NCBI GenBank assembly: GCA_052327205.1
Contig: CM126218.1
Span: 85,374,001 to 85,438,000 of the forward strand
DNA: 64,000 bases
Source: Somniosus microcephalus
Taxonomy: Eukaryota
Reading direction: 5' to 3'
In this document: piece by piece, positions 13,336 through 26,284 of the stretch
How positions within the stretch are numbered: position 1 is the stretch's first letter
Layout: each line of letters opens with the position of its first letter
Made by a program: the position numbers and the translations under genes
The notes under the pieces: generated by a model
Databases searched by the model: none
What the model saw: the letters and a program-made list of their open reading frames with translations, nothing else
What the model was told of the DNA's origin: nothing

Positions 13336-14099
13336 GACGTTAGCCTCTTTCTGGATGGGTGAATTTAGATGGGCTGAATGGCTTTCCTCATCCATAATTA
13401 TCTTGTCATACTTTCTCAAGGTCACACAGCTTTCCCAGCATCTAGCTTGCATTGGTGCAAAATGTGTGGCATAATAAGAGTTAAGTAATAGTGCGTCCCC
13501 TGTAGCATTGTTCAACATAATATCTTCTGCATTTTTCAAACTGTGGAGAATCCAAAATTCACAAACCTCGAAATTGCACGGTGTGACAGTAGTAAATAAC
13601 GTCTTTTTATATAATTCCTTTGTTTGCTATTTTAACAAAAGCTTTGACACATTTATTGCCTTTATTATCATAGCGCACAGAGAAATTTCCAAAGAATGTG
13701 TTAATGTGCCCGTCACTTAAATCACATCGTGCTATTTCAGGACAAAAAATTGTCTCGTTAAATGGAAAAAATACATTTACATTTTTGTTTAATTTGTTGT
13801 TTAGTTGTTACCCCAACAACTGAGGGTTAAAATACAAGTGAATTTACATCGGGATGCTTGTGTCACAGACCCTGAGTTTAAATAGTCAATGTACAGATGG
13901 ACTGTACTCCAGCTCAAAGCACATAAACAAGAAATAGTTTGGCACTGGGGAAATAATATTGACACTGGACTAACTTGGTGCAATGTTGCACTTGGCTTTA
14001 GGTGACATGGCTGAAGGGTAAACTATGCTTTCTTTGCAAAATGATCACCCCCCTGCCTGCCAATGCTCATATTGTTTTTTCCCCCCCTCCCCTCTTTAG

Positions 14100-14111
14100 A
14101 CAACGGTTCAC
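14100..14111 (+). other. Candidate 12-nt frame-preserving microexon of CAMK1D
   Basis: tgctcat branch-like site, a ~24-nt pyrimidine run ending TTTAG, then ACAACGGTTCAC and a GTAAGG donor. Sits in a TE-free island. No transcript evidence. Confidence 0.35.
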
Positions 14112-14282
14112 GTAAGGCTACCAGTCGCTAAAAGTTAAACCACATATTTTATGTCAGTGCGAGGCTGACAGCTCTTCACATCAATGCAGAATGTGTAGCA
14201 CTGCCCGGTAGCAGCTTTGAAAATAGGTTCCCCTGCATTTTCTGAGCTGCAGGTAGTTCGAAGAATGATCCCGGATGGCTTG

Positions 14283-14862
14283 TCCACACAGGGTATTGGT
14301 GAGACCACACCTGGAGGACTGCACACAGTTTTGGTCTCCTTATTTAAGGAGGGATATACTTGCATTAGAGGCAGTTCAGAGACGATTCACACGGTTGATT
14401 CCTGGGATGAAGGGGTTGACTTATGAGGAAAGGTTGAGCAGGTTGGGCCGATACTCATTGGAATTTAGAAGAGTGAGAGGTGATCTTATTGAAACATATA
14501 AGATACTGAGGAGGCGCGACAAGGTAGATGCAGAGAGGATGTTTCCCCTCGTGGGGAAATCTAGAACTCGGGGGCACGGTTTCAGAATAAAGGAGCGCCC
14601 TTTTAGAACTGAGATGAGGAGGAATTTCTTCTCTCAGAGGGTCGTAAATCTGTGGAATTCTCTGCCCCAGAGAGCCGTGGAGGCTGGGTCATTAAATACA
14701 TTTAAGGTGGCGATAGACAGATTTTTACAAGATAAGGGAGTGAAGGGTTATGGGGAGCGGGCGGGGAAGTAGCTTTGAGCCCAAGATCAGCCATGATCTT
14801 ATTGAATGGCGGAGCAGGCTCGAGGGGCCAAGTGGCCTATTCCTGCTCCTATTTCTTATGTT
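14283..14862 (+). mobile_element. CR1 LINE 3' fragment
   Basis: ORF 14275-14772 with CR1 motifs; 3' hairpin ggagcagg...cctgctcc and ttcttatgtt tail. Confidence 0.9.
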
Positions 14863-14959
14863 CCCTCCATGTGAAGAAGTGCATTTGTTGTGTGGCTCTT
14901 TAGACAACATGGAAACTCGATGTGGGGAATCACATGTGCTCTTCCAAGCTAGTGCCTCG

Positions 14960-15421
14960 AAGAAAGAAAGACTTGTATTTATATAGCACCTTTCACAACC
15001 ACCAGTCATCTCAAAGCGCTTTACAGCCAATGAAGTACTTTGTGAAGTGTAGTCACTGTTGTAATGCAGGAAACACAGCAGCCAATTTGCTCACAGCAAG
15101 CTCCCACAAACAGCAATGTGATAATGACCAGATAATCTGTTTTAGTGATGTTGATTGAGGGATAAATATTGGCCCCAGGACACTGGGGAGAACTCCCCTG
15201 CTCTTCTTTGAAATAGTGCCATGGGATCTTTTACATCCACCCGAGAGAGCAGACGGGGCCTCGGTTTAACATCTCAGCCGAAAGACGGCACCTCCGACAG
15301 TGCAGCACTCCCTCAGCACTGCACTGGAGTGTCAGCCTAGATTTTTGTGCTCAAGGCTCTGGAATGGGACTTGAATCCACAGCCTTCAGACTCAGAGGCT
15401 ACCAACTGAGCCACAGCTGAC
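14960..15421 (-). mobile_element. Full-length tRNA-derived DeuSINE (SacSINE1-like)
   Basis: Reverse strand shows a tRNA head (tcagctgtggctcagttggtagc...ttcaagtccca), a Deu-domain-like gcactgtcggaggtgccgtctttcgg..gttaaaccgaggccc, and an L2-like tail. Confidence 0.85.
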
Positions 15422-15549
15422 ACATGACAGAACTCCTCAAAGTAACATTGACTTGAACATAAAATATCACATTGTTTTGGTACACAATGTTGCCAAAGAA
15501 TCAAATTTGTTCTAAACATTTAATCACGCATCACTCCTGTTCTTTGCTT

Positions 15550-16165
15550 TGGAAAGGGTGCAGAGGTGGAGCCACTAGACTAATTCCCAGTCTAAAGCAT
15601 CTTAGTTATCAAGATAGGCTAAATGAACTGGAAATGTACATTTTAGAGAAGTGTAGAGTTAGAGGTGATCTGATTGAGGTTTACAAGATAATGAAGGGAA
15701 TAGATTGTGTTCCAGTTCACAGTTTGTTTCAATTAAATAGGTTGGGGAGGACCAGGGGTCACAAAGTTAAGTTGTGCGAGGCCAGATCCAGGTTAGATGT
15801 CAGGAGGTGGCTCTTTTCCCAGAGAATTGTGGACCTCTGGTACAGGCCGCCATCTTGTGTGGTGGATGCCGATTCGCTGAACTCCTTCGAGCGAGAGCTG
15901 GACCTGTTTCGGGCTGAGGCGGAGATCACGTCGTACAGAAGGTGGGGAACTCAGGGCCAGAGTGATCTCCCGGGCTAGTTTCGATCAACTAGATGGGTCG
16001 GAGAGGAATTTCCCAGATTTTTTCCCCAATGTTTTTTTGCCTCTCCCAGGAGATCACGTAGTTTCAGGTGGGGTGGAGAGTGTAGATATTGTGACACACA
16101 AGGTATCGTAATTGTGTGGGACGGGCTGGATGGACCAGAGGGGGTCTTTACCTCTCTGTCATGTT
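15550..16165 (+). mobile_element. Older, divergent CR1 LINE 3' fragment
   Basis: ORF 15472-15978 (ATRLIPSLKHLSYQDRL...RGDLIEVYKIMKG..FSQRIVDLW). Confidence 0.8.
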
Positions 16166-16446
16166 CATATTTTTGGATCTCATACAGTGAATAAACCAGC
16201 AATGCTCAGTGGGTCTTTGACAGGAGTCTTGTCTTCTTTCTCTCTCTGTCCTCTCTCCTCTGTCTAGGGGCTTTTATGTTATTAAAGTGTAGCCGCCAGC
16301 CAATGTGTGATTCTCTCACCATCATCTGCATTTAGCAATTTATCTGGCCTAACTTGCTTTGTTGCTGCTGCCCATTTGTCTGTGGGTCTTGTGAAGTGTC
16401 GCCAGATTACCACCTCTCCTTCTGTAGCCAGCTAAAATGCAGGCAG

Positions 16447-16672
16447 TGTCATAAATCTTATCATTCATGAAGAAATGACTCATGAAATAACACTGGGCGG
16501 CCAGCTGGTGGCGCCGTCCAAGGAGTATAAATACTTGGGCGTGGGCCCAGCTTGCTCAGGACGTTTTTCTAACCAGGAACTAGTGATGTAACTAGAATCT
16601 CATGGTTGTGAAACAGTTGATTAAAGCCTTGTTTTACACTCACACCAAGTGCTTAGTAGTCTTTTTACATCA
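16447..16672 (+). mobile_element. Solo LTR (~226 bp)
   Basis: TG...CA ends, GGCAG 5-bp TSD on both sides, internal TATAAATA and ATTAAA; homologous copy at 28216-28444. Confidence 0.8.
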
Positions 16673-17059
16673 GGCAGCACATACAGTCTCAAAGTAGGAG
16701 ACTGAAAATGCTCTAGTTGAAACAGAGATACCGACTAACCGTCGCCCGGCACACGCGCACAGGAACAGGTTTTCATGTTGCCACCCTGATGCCTTACAAG
16801 GAGGGACAGTGGGTAGGAATGTAAGTGGAGTAGAGCAGTGCAAGGAGCCTGTTATAGTACAGACTGGTACAGGGCAGGTCTCTGAACCGGCAGTAGATCA
16901 GTGAAAAGGGTTTGGCATATACTCAGTACATGTTGTGGAGCCAGGAGGCACATCAATGTGAATAAATACAAGTTGTTTAGGCTTTCAATGGCGACCTCCA
17001 GTGGACCCTTAATGACCCCTGGCTGACAAAGCAGAGCATGTGTGTCGCATCCTCCGCCC

Positions 17060-17410
17060 AAGAGGGATTGACAGGGTCGATGCCGAGAGGCTGTTTCCCC
17101 CTGGCTGGAGAGTCTAGAACTAGGGGGCAAAGTCTCAGGATAAGGGGTCGGCCATTGAGGACTGAGATAAGGAGGAATTTCTTCACTCAGAGGGTTGTGA
17201 ATCTGTGGAATTCTCTACCCCAGAGGGCTGTGGAGGCTGAATCGTTGAGTATATTCAAGGCTGAGATCGATAGATTTTTGGACTTTAGGGGAATCAAGGG
17301 ATATGAGGATAGTGCAGTTGAGGTCGAAGATCAGCCATGATCTTATTGAATGGTGGAGCAGGCTCGAGGGGCCGTATGGCCGACTCCTGCTCCTAATTCT
17401 TATGTTCTTT
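17060..17410 (+). mobile_element. CR1 LINE 3' fragment
   Basis: ESRTRGQSLRIRGRP..RNFFTQRVVNLWNSLP; 3' hairpin and tail. Confidence 0.88.
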
Positions 17411-18479
17411 TATGCCGAATTTTGAAGCAAAATCCTAAAACAGACATTAGGACCCTGATTAGCATATTCAACGGGCCTAATGCCTGTTTCATAGAATCAT
17501 AGAATAGTTACAGCACAGAAGAAGGCCATTCGGCCCGTCGAGCCCGTGCCAGCTCTCTGCAGGAGCACTTCAGCTAGTCCCACTCCCCTGCCCTTTCCCC
17601 GTAGCCCTGCAAATTTTTTCCTTCAGGTACTTATCCAACTCCCTTTTGAAAGCCACGATTGAGTCTGCCTCCACCACCCTTTCAGGCAGTGCATTCCAGG
17701 CCCTAACCACTCGCTGCGTAAAACAGTTTTTCCTCATGTCGCCTTTGGTTCTTCTGCCAATCACCTGAAATCTCTGTCCTCTGGTTCTCGAACCTTCTGC
17801 CAATGGGAACAGTTTCTCTCTATCTACTCTGTCCAGATCCCTCATGATTTTGAACACCTCTATCAAAATCTCCTCTCAACCTTCTCTTCTCTAAGGAGAA
17901 CAACCCCAGCTTCTCCAGTCTATCCACGTAACTGAAGTCCCTCATCCCTGGAACCATTCTTGTAAATCTTTTCTGCACCCTTGCTAAGGCCTTCGCATCC
18001 TTCCTAAAGTGCGGTGCCCAGAATTGGACACAATACTCCAGTTGAGGCCGAACCAGTGTTTTATAAATGTTCATCATAATTTCCTTGCTTTTGTACTCTA
18101 TACCTCTATTTATGAAGCCCAGGATCCCGTATGCTTTTTTAACCACTTTCTCAACCTGCCCTGCCACCTTCAATGATTTGTGCACATATACCCCCAGGTC
18201 TCTCTGTTCATGCACCCACTTTAGAATTGTACCCTTTAGTTTATATTGCCTCTCCTCGTTCTTCCTACCAAAATGTATCACTTCTCAATTTTCTACGTTA
18301 AATTTCATCTGCCACATGTCTGCCCATTCCACCAGCCTGTCTATGTCTTCTTGAAGTCTATCACTATCCTCCTCACTGTTACTATACTTCCAAGTTTTGT
18401 GTCATCTGCAAATTTTGAAATTGTGCCCTGTACACCCAAGTCCAAGTCATTAATATATATCAAGAAAAGCAGTGGTCCT

Positions 18480-19498
18480 TGTAATGATATCAGCAAATAG
18501 AGATGGTATTTGCCTGTTCGATTATGATGCCTTAATTGCATGTATTGATTGCTTGTGCCTGACCAGCAGAGGGCATGTGACCGAGAGAAGCAAGGCAGTT
18601 AGTTTAGTTTCGGTTTCGTTCTAGATGCATCACAGCATCATGTCTCCTGTAAAAGCTGTATAAAAGAGTTGAACAAAGCTTTAGATTAAAAGACATTGGG
18701 CTAGATTTTCAGTTGCTTGCGCCAGCAGTTAGCGCCTTAAGAGAAGTGATTTTCGGGCGCTATGCATGTAGCGCCCGGGCGCAGCGCAGTTTGCGCCCCG
18801 CCCCAAATTAAGTTGCCCGTTAGCGCCGGCGCAAAGTTTAGCGGCCGCCCGGATGCGCGCGCAGAAAATGACGTCACATCCTCGTGCAACGCCCTTTGGC
18901 CGCCCCGAATCCAAACTTCAGTCGGACCGCCCCATTGTGCGGCTGGCGTCCAGAGCGTTTGTAAAATGGAACGCAACACACCCTGGGGAGCGCAAATTAA
19001 AGGGCACTCCTCCTGCACTATAAAAGGCAGTCTGCATGTGTTGTGTGGAAGGATCCAGTGTGTTGTTGTGAACGGTGTATTTATATTTCCGGCTACCACC
19101 GCCACCACCACCACCACCACCACCACCACCACCTCCTCCTCCTCCTCCTCCTCTTCCTCCTCCTCCTCCTCCTCGTCTTTCCCCCCCAGACTCTGCCTTT
19201 GAAATAAACACATGCACCCTTCCCCTTTAAGAGCTCACTGGCACCAGAGTGTCTGTCGGGCGCTGCGCTCTGCACCGCCGGCTTAGCGCCTAAAGATAGT
19301 AGTGGAACGCCTCTTTTAGCGCTCCACCAACCTCTTAGGGCGAAGCCACTGAATTTCCGGCAACGGGGCGCTACTTTGGGGCGGGCGCTAACTTCGGGCG
19401 GGCGCTAAGGTTAGCGCCCCAAAACTGTCTATACTGAAAATCTAGCCCATTCTCTTTCATAAATGTCTCCTCATTGAACCCACAAAGAAATCAATACA
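18480..19498 (+). mobile_element. Solo LTR (~265 bp net) containing a Harbinger MITE
   Basis: TGTAAT...AATACA termini; GTCCT 5-bp TSD at 18475-18479 and 19499-19503; ATTAAA signal. Confidence 0.82.
18698..19448. mobile_element. Harbinger-type MITE (751 bp)
   Basis: Perfect 16-bp TIR GGGCTAGATTTTCAGT, ATT 3-bp TSD, repeated TAGCGCC subterminal motifs, internal (CAC)n(CTC)n. Confidence 0.92.
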
Positions 19499-21346
19499 GT
19501 CCTAGTACCGACCCCTGGGGAACACCACTGTGTACCTTCCTCCAGTCCGAAAAACAACCATTCACCACTACTCTCTGTTTCCTGTCACTTAGCCAATTTC
19601 ATATCCATGCTGCCACTGTCCCTTTCATTCCATGGGCTTCAACTTTGCTGGTAAGCCTATTATGTGGCACTTTTTCAAACGCCTTTTGGATGTCCATGTA
19701 CACCACATCAACCGCATTGCCCTCATCAACCCTCTCTGCTGCCTCATCAAAAAACTCGATCGAGTTAGTTAAACATGACTTGCCTTTAACAAATCCGTGT
19801 TGGCTTTCCTTAATTAATTCACACTTGTCCAAGTGACTGTTGATTTTGTCCCGGATTATCGTTTCTAAAAGCTTCCCACTACCGACTGACTGGCCTGTAG
19901 TTGCTGGATTTATCCTTACACGCTTTTTTGAACAAGGCTGTAACATTTGCAATTCTCCAGTCCTTTGGCACCACCTCCGAATCCAAGGAGGATTGGAAGA
20001 TTATGGCCAGTACCTCCGCAATTTCCACCTTTACTTCCCTCAGCATCCTAGGATGCATCCCATCCGGTCCTGGTGATTTATCTACTTTAAGTACAGCCAG
20101 CCTTTCTAGTACTTCTTTATCAATTTTTATCCGATCCAGTATCTCCACTACCTCCTCTTTCACTATGACTTTGGCAGCATCTTCTTCCTTGGTGAAGACA
20201 GATCCAAAGTACTCATTTAGTACCTCAGCCATGCCCTCTGCCTCCATGCGTAGGTCTCCATTTTGGTCCCTAATCAGCCCCACCCCTCCTCTTAATACCC
20301 GTTTACTATTTATATGCCTATAGAAGACTTTTGGATTCCCTTTTATGTTAGCTGCCAATCTATTCTCATACTCTCTCTTTGCCCCTCTTATTTCCTTTTT
20401 CACTTCCCCTCTGAACTTTCTATATTCAGCCTGGTTCTCACTTGTATTCTCAACCTGACATTTGTCATACGTCCTCTTTTTCTGCTTCATCGTGGGAATG
20501 TACCTCGACTGTACCCGAACCATCGCTTCTTTAATGGCAGCCCATTGTTCCATTACAGTTTTGCCTGCCAACCTAAGGCAGTCTCCCTGAACGCCTCGAA
20601 GCCATTGGCTTTTTGGCAGCTACCACAGAAGATTGGGCGCGAGGGACCGTGTCTGAAAATAAGTTCCCCCAACGCTAATTTTTCGCCCAAAAACGAGTGC
20701 AACAGGGACCAATTTCTCTCCCCTGGTGTCAGATGGAGCAGCAGATCTCTCTCGAGTTCAGGGGGGGGAGGTGACCTGCAAATGGTCTCGGGGCCTATTA
20801 CTAAAATCAGCCAGGATAATGTGTGGAGACCAAGATATAAAAAACAAACTTCGCTGCGCATCGATTTAAAATAAAATCTTATTTAGGCACAGCCTATGTT
20901 TTGAAATGAATATTAATAAATAATATGATGCACTCCCCCAAGCTTGTCAGGCAGCGTGAAAAATCATTAAAAAATAATAGCGCGTTGTGAACTTTGAACT
21001 TTTATGTTCCGTGATTCTCTATCTGTCCGTGTAATATTTGTATGCGGATCTGCCATTCGGGAGCGCAACACTGGGAAAGAGTACTGCAGTTTTAACCCTT
21101 ACACTGACAGCTTATTCCGATAACTTCATTAGCTTTTTGAAAGCTGCTTGCAGCTGCATTTCTGCGGAAAACCCAATAAACTCTCTTTGATCTGTTCCGG
21201 GAGAAAACAGACGCAGTTCTAGTATTCGATGAACTCCTCCAATTCCACTATGTAACGCACACTCCCAGAAATTTGGAGGAAAATTTGTTTAGTAGATCAA
21301 TATATTGTGTGTGTGGTGGGGGTGGGGGTGGGGGTGGGGGGGGGTC

Positions 21347-21428
21347 TCAGCTGTGGCTCAGTGGGTAGCGCTCTCACCTTAAGGTTGTGGGTCCAAGTCC
21401 CACTCCAGAGACGTGAGCACAAAAATAA
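21347..21428 (+). mobile_element. DeuSINE tRNA head only
   Basis: tcagctgtggctcagtgggtagc...gggtccaagtcccactccagagac matches the head of the full copies. Confidence 0.7.
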
Positions 21429-21489
21429 AACAATTGAACGTTGCGGGTCATCAACCCGACAGAACAGGACACTTGACTGAAGCTACCGG

Positions 21490-21658
21490 CTACCAACGCT
21501 CCCGTTAAGCCGCGCGGCCGCGCAGCGGTCTGGAGGTCCCGCGCAGGCCGCTCGCCGGCTTTATAATGGCAATAACCGCGCATGCGCGAAAAATGGAACG
21601 GTCCGCGCAGCCCGTTAAAGGGCCCACGCGTCCCCCCAAAAAATTACAGGGAACACTG
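21490..21658. mobile_element. Partial small hAT-like non-autonomous element
   Basis: GC-rich block ending in cagggaacactg (rc CAGTGTTCCC), related to 57530-57693. Only one terminus is visible. Confidence 0.45.
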
Positions 21659-22326
21659 CCTGCCACCCTCGCCGTTAATGCTGCGATCTGCGTGTCAGTA
21701 AGTAAACGGGATTTTTCATCCATTGTTACAGTGTTTATTTGCCTCGTTGCTGCACTCAATTAAGCATCTAATGGTTATAAGAACCATCTGTTCCATGACC
21801 AGTATCTGGATTATTAGTACTCGCACATGTTGCCTTGAATCACAACAGCCAACCATGGCCACATACGTCTGCGCGAAGGCAAGATTAATGGGTGAATCGT
21901 TAACTTTACAAAATGGATTAGAAATAATTGTGGCGATTAGGGCGAGTCACATGATGGTGTGTCCGAGGCATCTGTAGCCATGACCCATAATCACTGGCTC
22001 GTTCGTCCTTCCACCCTCCCCAACTGAGCCAGATCACATACTTAATTTATATTAACTGCTCTGTGCTGAGGTTCTGTGCCCATGTGGAACTGGGTCAACA
22101 GCCACACAACGCCTGTAGTATTTTTTTTTAACAGGCACCAGGAAGGAGAGCTTCTCCTTTACCTGTGGCAAGATTCAGACTAGAAGGCCCAGGGGTTTGT
22201 AGGGCGTCGATGGGGACGGGCATCCTAGCCAGCGACACTGAAAGATTGATGAGCCCATTTTAAACTGAGGAGGAGAAAATTGAGCATTTGCCTCAGGCTG
22301 CCAGACTGTGCTACTCCGACAGCAGT

Positions 22327-22508
22327 TACTAAAAAACAGATTACCCGGTCATTATCACGTTGCTGTTTGTGTGTGTGGGAGCTTGCTGTGCGCAAGTTGG
22401 TTTCCTGCATTACAACGGCGGCTACACTTCAAAAAGTGCTTAATTGGCTGTAAAGCATTTGGGACGTCCGGTGGTCGAGAAAGATGCGGGAGAAATGCGA
22501 GTCTGTCT
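22327..22508 (+). mobile_element. DeuSINE 3' half
   Basis: Homologous to the 3' part of 30190-30563. Confidence 0.75.
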
Positions 22509-23062
22509 TAAAGTTTTTTAGTTTTGTGCTACAGAAATGCTGAGTCAGCTGTACAATACATTTAGGTTTTTTTTTTAGACTATTTTCTAAAACCTTTAGA
22601 AATATAAGCAAAAATTATTTTTTGTAATTGGGCAAAGTTATACGTGAGATGTGACGAGCCATCACTTTTTATTCTACAGAGTCATATTTATTCGGTTCTC
22701 AGGATTATACACATGGTGAATGGGAATAGAAATTGCAGAGATATTAAATTTGCAAAATATTAAAAAATACAAATTATATATATATATAATATAATATAAA
22801 GGCAGAGGGGGCCGAAAGAACAAATGAATCTTGTTTATGCTGTGGGAGGCTCCACTGTTTACATGGCTCTGTGAGGCTCTCTATTGGCAGAAACATGGTA
22901 CTGTAATGTTCCAGTACAGCTGGATCCTTGTCTAAACGTCCTGGGGGCTTGAAGGCTTTAATACTGGCAGGCCAGAGTGGGACCAGACTGTTTCTGATTG
23001 TTTTGTCACCGCTCCACGTGCTGTTGATCTTTCCCTGCGTTGTGTCCTATTCTAACTCTTTC

Positions 23063-23530
23063 CCGTTCACCCATCACCCCCCGTGCTCGCTGACCCACAT
23101 TGGCGCCCCGTTAAGCAGTGCCCCGATTTTAAAATTCTCATCCTTGTTTTCAAATCCCTCCATGGCCTCGCGCCCTCCCTATCTCTGAAATCCCCTCCAG
23201 TCCCACAACCCCCCCCTGAGATATCTGCGCTCCTCCAATTCTGGCCTCTTGAGCATCCCCGATTTTAGTCGCTCCACCATTGGCGGCCGTGCCTTCAGCT
23301 GCCTGGGCCCTAAGCTCTGGAATTCCCTCCCTAAACCTCTCCGCCTCGCTACCTCTCTCTCCTCCTTTAAGACGCTCCTTAAAACCTACCTCTGTGACCA
23401 AGCTTTTGGTCACCTGTCCTACTATCTCCTTATGTGGCTCGGTGTCAAATTTTGTTTGATAATCGCTCCTGTGAAGCGCCTTGGGATGTTTTACTATGTT
23501 AAAGGTGCTGTATAAATACAAGTTGTTATT
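23063..23530 (+). mobile_element. L2 LINE 3' fragment
   Basis: GGRAFSCLGPKLWNSLPKPLR motif and tataaatacaagttgttattgtt tail. Confidence 0.88.
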
Positions 23531-24629
23531 GTTTCCTTCCATGGATCTCAAGACAATGGAACTATTTGCCTCCTTTGATCTTCCTCCTACAATATAGAAG
23601 CTTTTAAAGCCCACACTTAATATCACCTAACAAGCAGTTCTTGCTAGTCTTTTCAATCAGGATGGTCTCCTCCACTATGCACCTCCGCCTTTCATCCAGC
23701 GCTTTCAAGTATAAGAAAAGATGCTATTCCTACAGTAACAACTTAGGCTGTGGTTCGCTGCCACTGTAATTATATTCCTTGCCATTGTTCTCTCCTAGAA
23801 GCAGTACCTTCAGCTATGCCAAGTGCAGCAAGACAAGTGTTAAATCTATTAAGTTCAAGTGTAGAACAGACGGCAGGAAGTAATTCTTTACAGAGATGGA
23901 ATCAAATAGTGGAACAGGTTTCCTGGAACAATGGCTGAGGCTAGAACAGTTGATGTATTTAAAGGACAGCTGGTTAGAATGTGGAACTCGCTACCACAGG
24001 GAGTGGCTGAAGCGAATAGCAGAGATGCATTTAAGCACATGAGGGAGAAGGGAACAGAGAGTTATGCTGAAGAGGGGTGGGAGGAGGCTCATGTGGAGCA
24101 TAATCACCAGCACAGACCAGTTGGGCCAAATGGCCAGTGTCTGTGCTGTAAATTGTCTGTAATTTATACTTTAATGGCAAGATGGTACACAATGGTATTC
24201 TGAACAAATGTGATCAAATGGCTCAATGGGCTTTCTTCATCAAAAATCTAATTGCGCCTGTTACAAATCCAGCTCTGCTAAGGACACCTTCTTGGGTTCA
24301 GTGGCCCCAGTCACTCCCATAATAAGTGGATCCCATGCCCCTTACACACTGGTGTAGATTCACACCGCACAGAACCTACAGTCCACCCTTGTTATCTGCT
24401 CTGAATATTTGTGTCTCTTGTACACAATCCCGCATGCCTCTCTTATTCTTTTCAAAGACAGACTGACAAAGTAGCTGGTAAAACCGGGCTGGAGATGAAT
24501 TGTTTAAGCTGCTTTCTTTCACAACAGGTGAACATACTGGGGTGCAGTTATGATCCAACTCACTTAGTCTTCACAATTTGTCTTCATGTAATTTGTCTTC
24601 ACTTAATAATGAACATGCCATGCTTTCCC

Positions 24630-25805
24630 GTAAGAACATAAGAACATAAGAAATCGGAGCAGGAGTAGGCCATTCGGCCCCTCGAGGCTGCTCCGCCATT
24701 CAATGAGATCATGGCTGATCTTCTGCCTCAACTCCATTCACCGGCCCTATCGCCATATCCCTTGATGCCCTTACTAGTCAGAAATCTATCGACTTCTGTT
24801 TTGAATATACCCAATGACTGAGCCTCCACAGCCCTCTTGGGTAGAGAATTCCAAAGATTCACCACCCTCTGTGTGAAGAAATTTCTTCTCATCTCAGTCC
24901 TGAATGGCCTACCCTTTATCCTGAGGCTGTGGCCCCTGGTTCTAGACTCCCCAGCCAAGGGAAACATTCTCCCAGCATCCACCCTATCAAGCCCTGTAAT
25001 AATTTTGTATGCTTCAATGAGATCCCCTCTCATTCTTCTGAATTCAAGAGAATACAGGCCTTGTTTACTCAACCTCTTCTCATACGACAGTCCTGCCATC
25101 CCAGGAATCAATCTTGTGAACCCTTCATTGCACTCCTTCAATGGCAAGTATATCCTTCCTTAGGTAAGGAGACCAAAATTGTACACAGTACTCCAGGTGT
25201 GGTTTCACCAAGGCTCTATATAATTGGAGTAAGACTTCTTTACTCCTGAACTCAAATCCTCTTGTAATGAAGGCCAGTATACCATTTGCCTTCCTAATGG
25301 CTTGCTGCACCTGCACATTCACTTTCAGTGACTCATATACAAGGACACCCAGGTCCCTTTGAGCATCTGCATTTCCCAATCTTTCACCATTTAGGAAATA
25401 CACTGCCTTTCTGTTTTTTCTACCAAAGTGTTCTCGCCTACTCACTGAGCCTGTCGAGATCCCCTTGAAGCCTCTTCACATACTCTTCACAACTGACACT
25501 GCCACCTAGCTTTGTATCATCAGCAAATTTGGAAATGTTACATTTAGTCCCCTCATCCAAATCATTAATATAGATTGTGAATAGCTGGGGCCCAAGCACC
25601 GATCCTTGCGGTACCCCACTAGTCACAGCCTGCCATCCTGAAAAAGACCCGTTTATCCCTACTCTTTGTTTTCTGTCTGTTAACCAATTCTCAATCCATG
25701 CTAGTATATTACCCCCAATTCCATGTGCCTTCATTTTGTTCACCAACCTCTTGTGTGAGACCTTATCGAAGGCCTTCTGAAAATCCAAATACACCACATC
25801 TACCG
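24630..25805 (-). mobile_element. CR1 LINE fragment with RT core
   Basis: [25 protein letters not shown] and FADDTKL motifs; (taagaaca)n tail. Confidence 0.92.
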
Positions 25806-26284
25806 GTGGGTCATCTTGCTTGACTTAAATAAAATAATTCCTAATTAACCTCCTACATACTCCTTCTGCACTTGGTGAAAGCTTGTCATCACAGCTTTTT
25901 TCTGTACCTGAATGGATAGTTTTCATTTTGGGCATATCGGATTACACCTCACCCGCTCTCCCTTTCCACTGAAGTCAAAGTGAAAATTACCCGGCCTTTC
26001 CCCTCCACCTCTGTCTCTGTTTTAAGTTCTCCGCGCTCACAGCCAGAAGGAAAGGTAGATTTGTAAAACCAAAAAAGACCACCTGCTGAGCATCCAGGAC
26101 CAGAGACTTCCTAACACAGTGGGTGTGAGGTTTTTATCAACAACAGGCAAACAAATTGATTAAGTATTAAAGTCTTTGGGGAAAACAACTTCAAACATCC
26201 AATCCATTGGCATCTTAACCAATTTTCATCTCAGTACTTTTCTTTCTTAAACTTCTGTGAATACATTTCGATTTAAAAAAACGA

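Larger units (their letters stand above)
17490..20575 (-). mobile_element. CR1 LINE split by a solo LTR
   Basis: Minus-strand ORFs 17570-18541 and 19599-20571 are colinear CR1 ORF2 pieces (KSPGPDG, QHGFVKGKSC, FADDTK) interrupted at GVPQGSVLG|P. Confidence 0.92.

Noticed and set aside
16235-16285. Possible upstream CAMK1D exon after a strong pyrimidine tract (tag|GGGCTTTT)
   Set aside because: The translation does not continue as GAFSEV or any kinase sequence, and I found no suitable donor.
18737-19275. Poly-E/V/G/T/S ORFs
   Set aside because: Translations of a (CAC)n(CTC)n microsatellite in a MITE.
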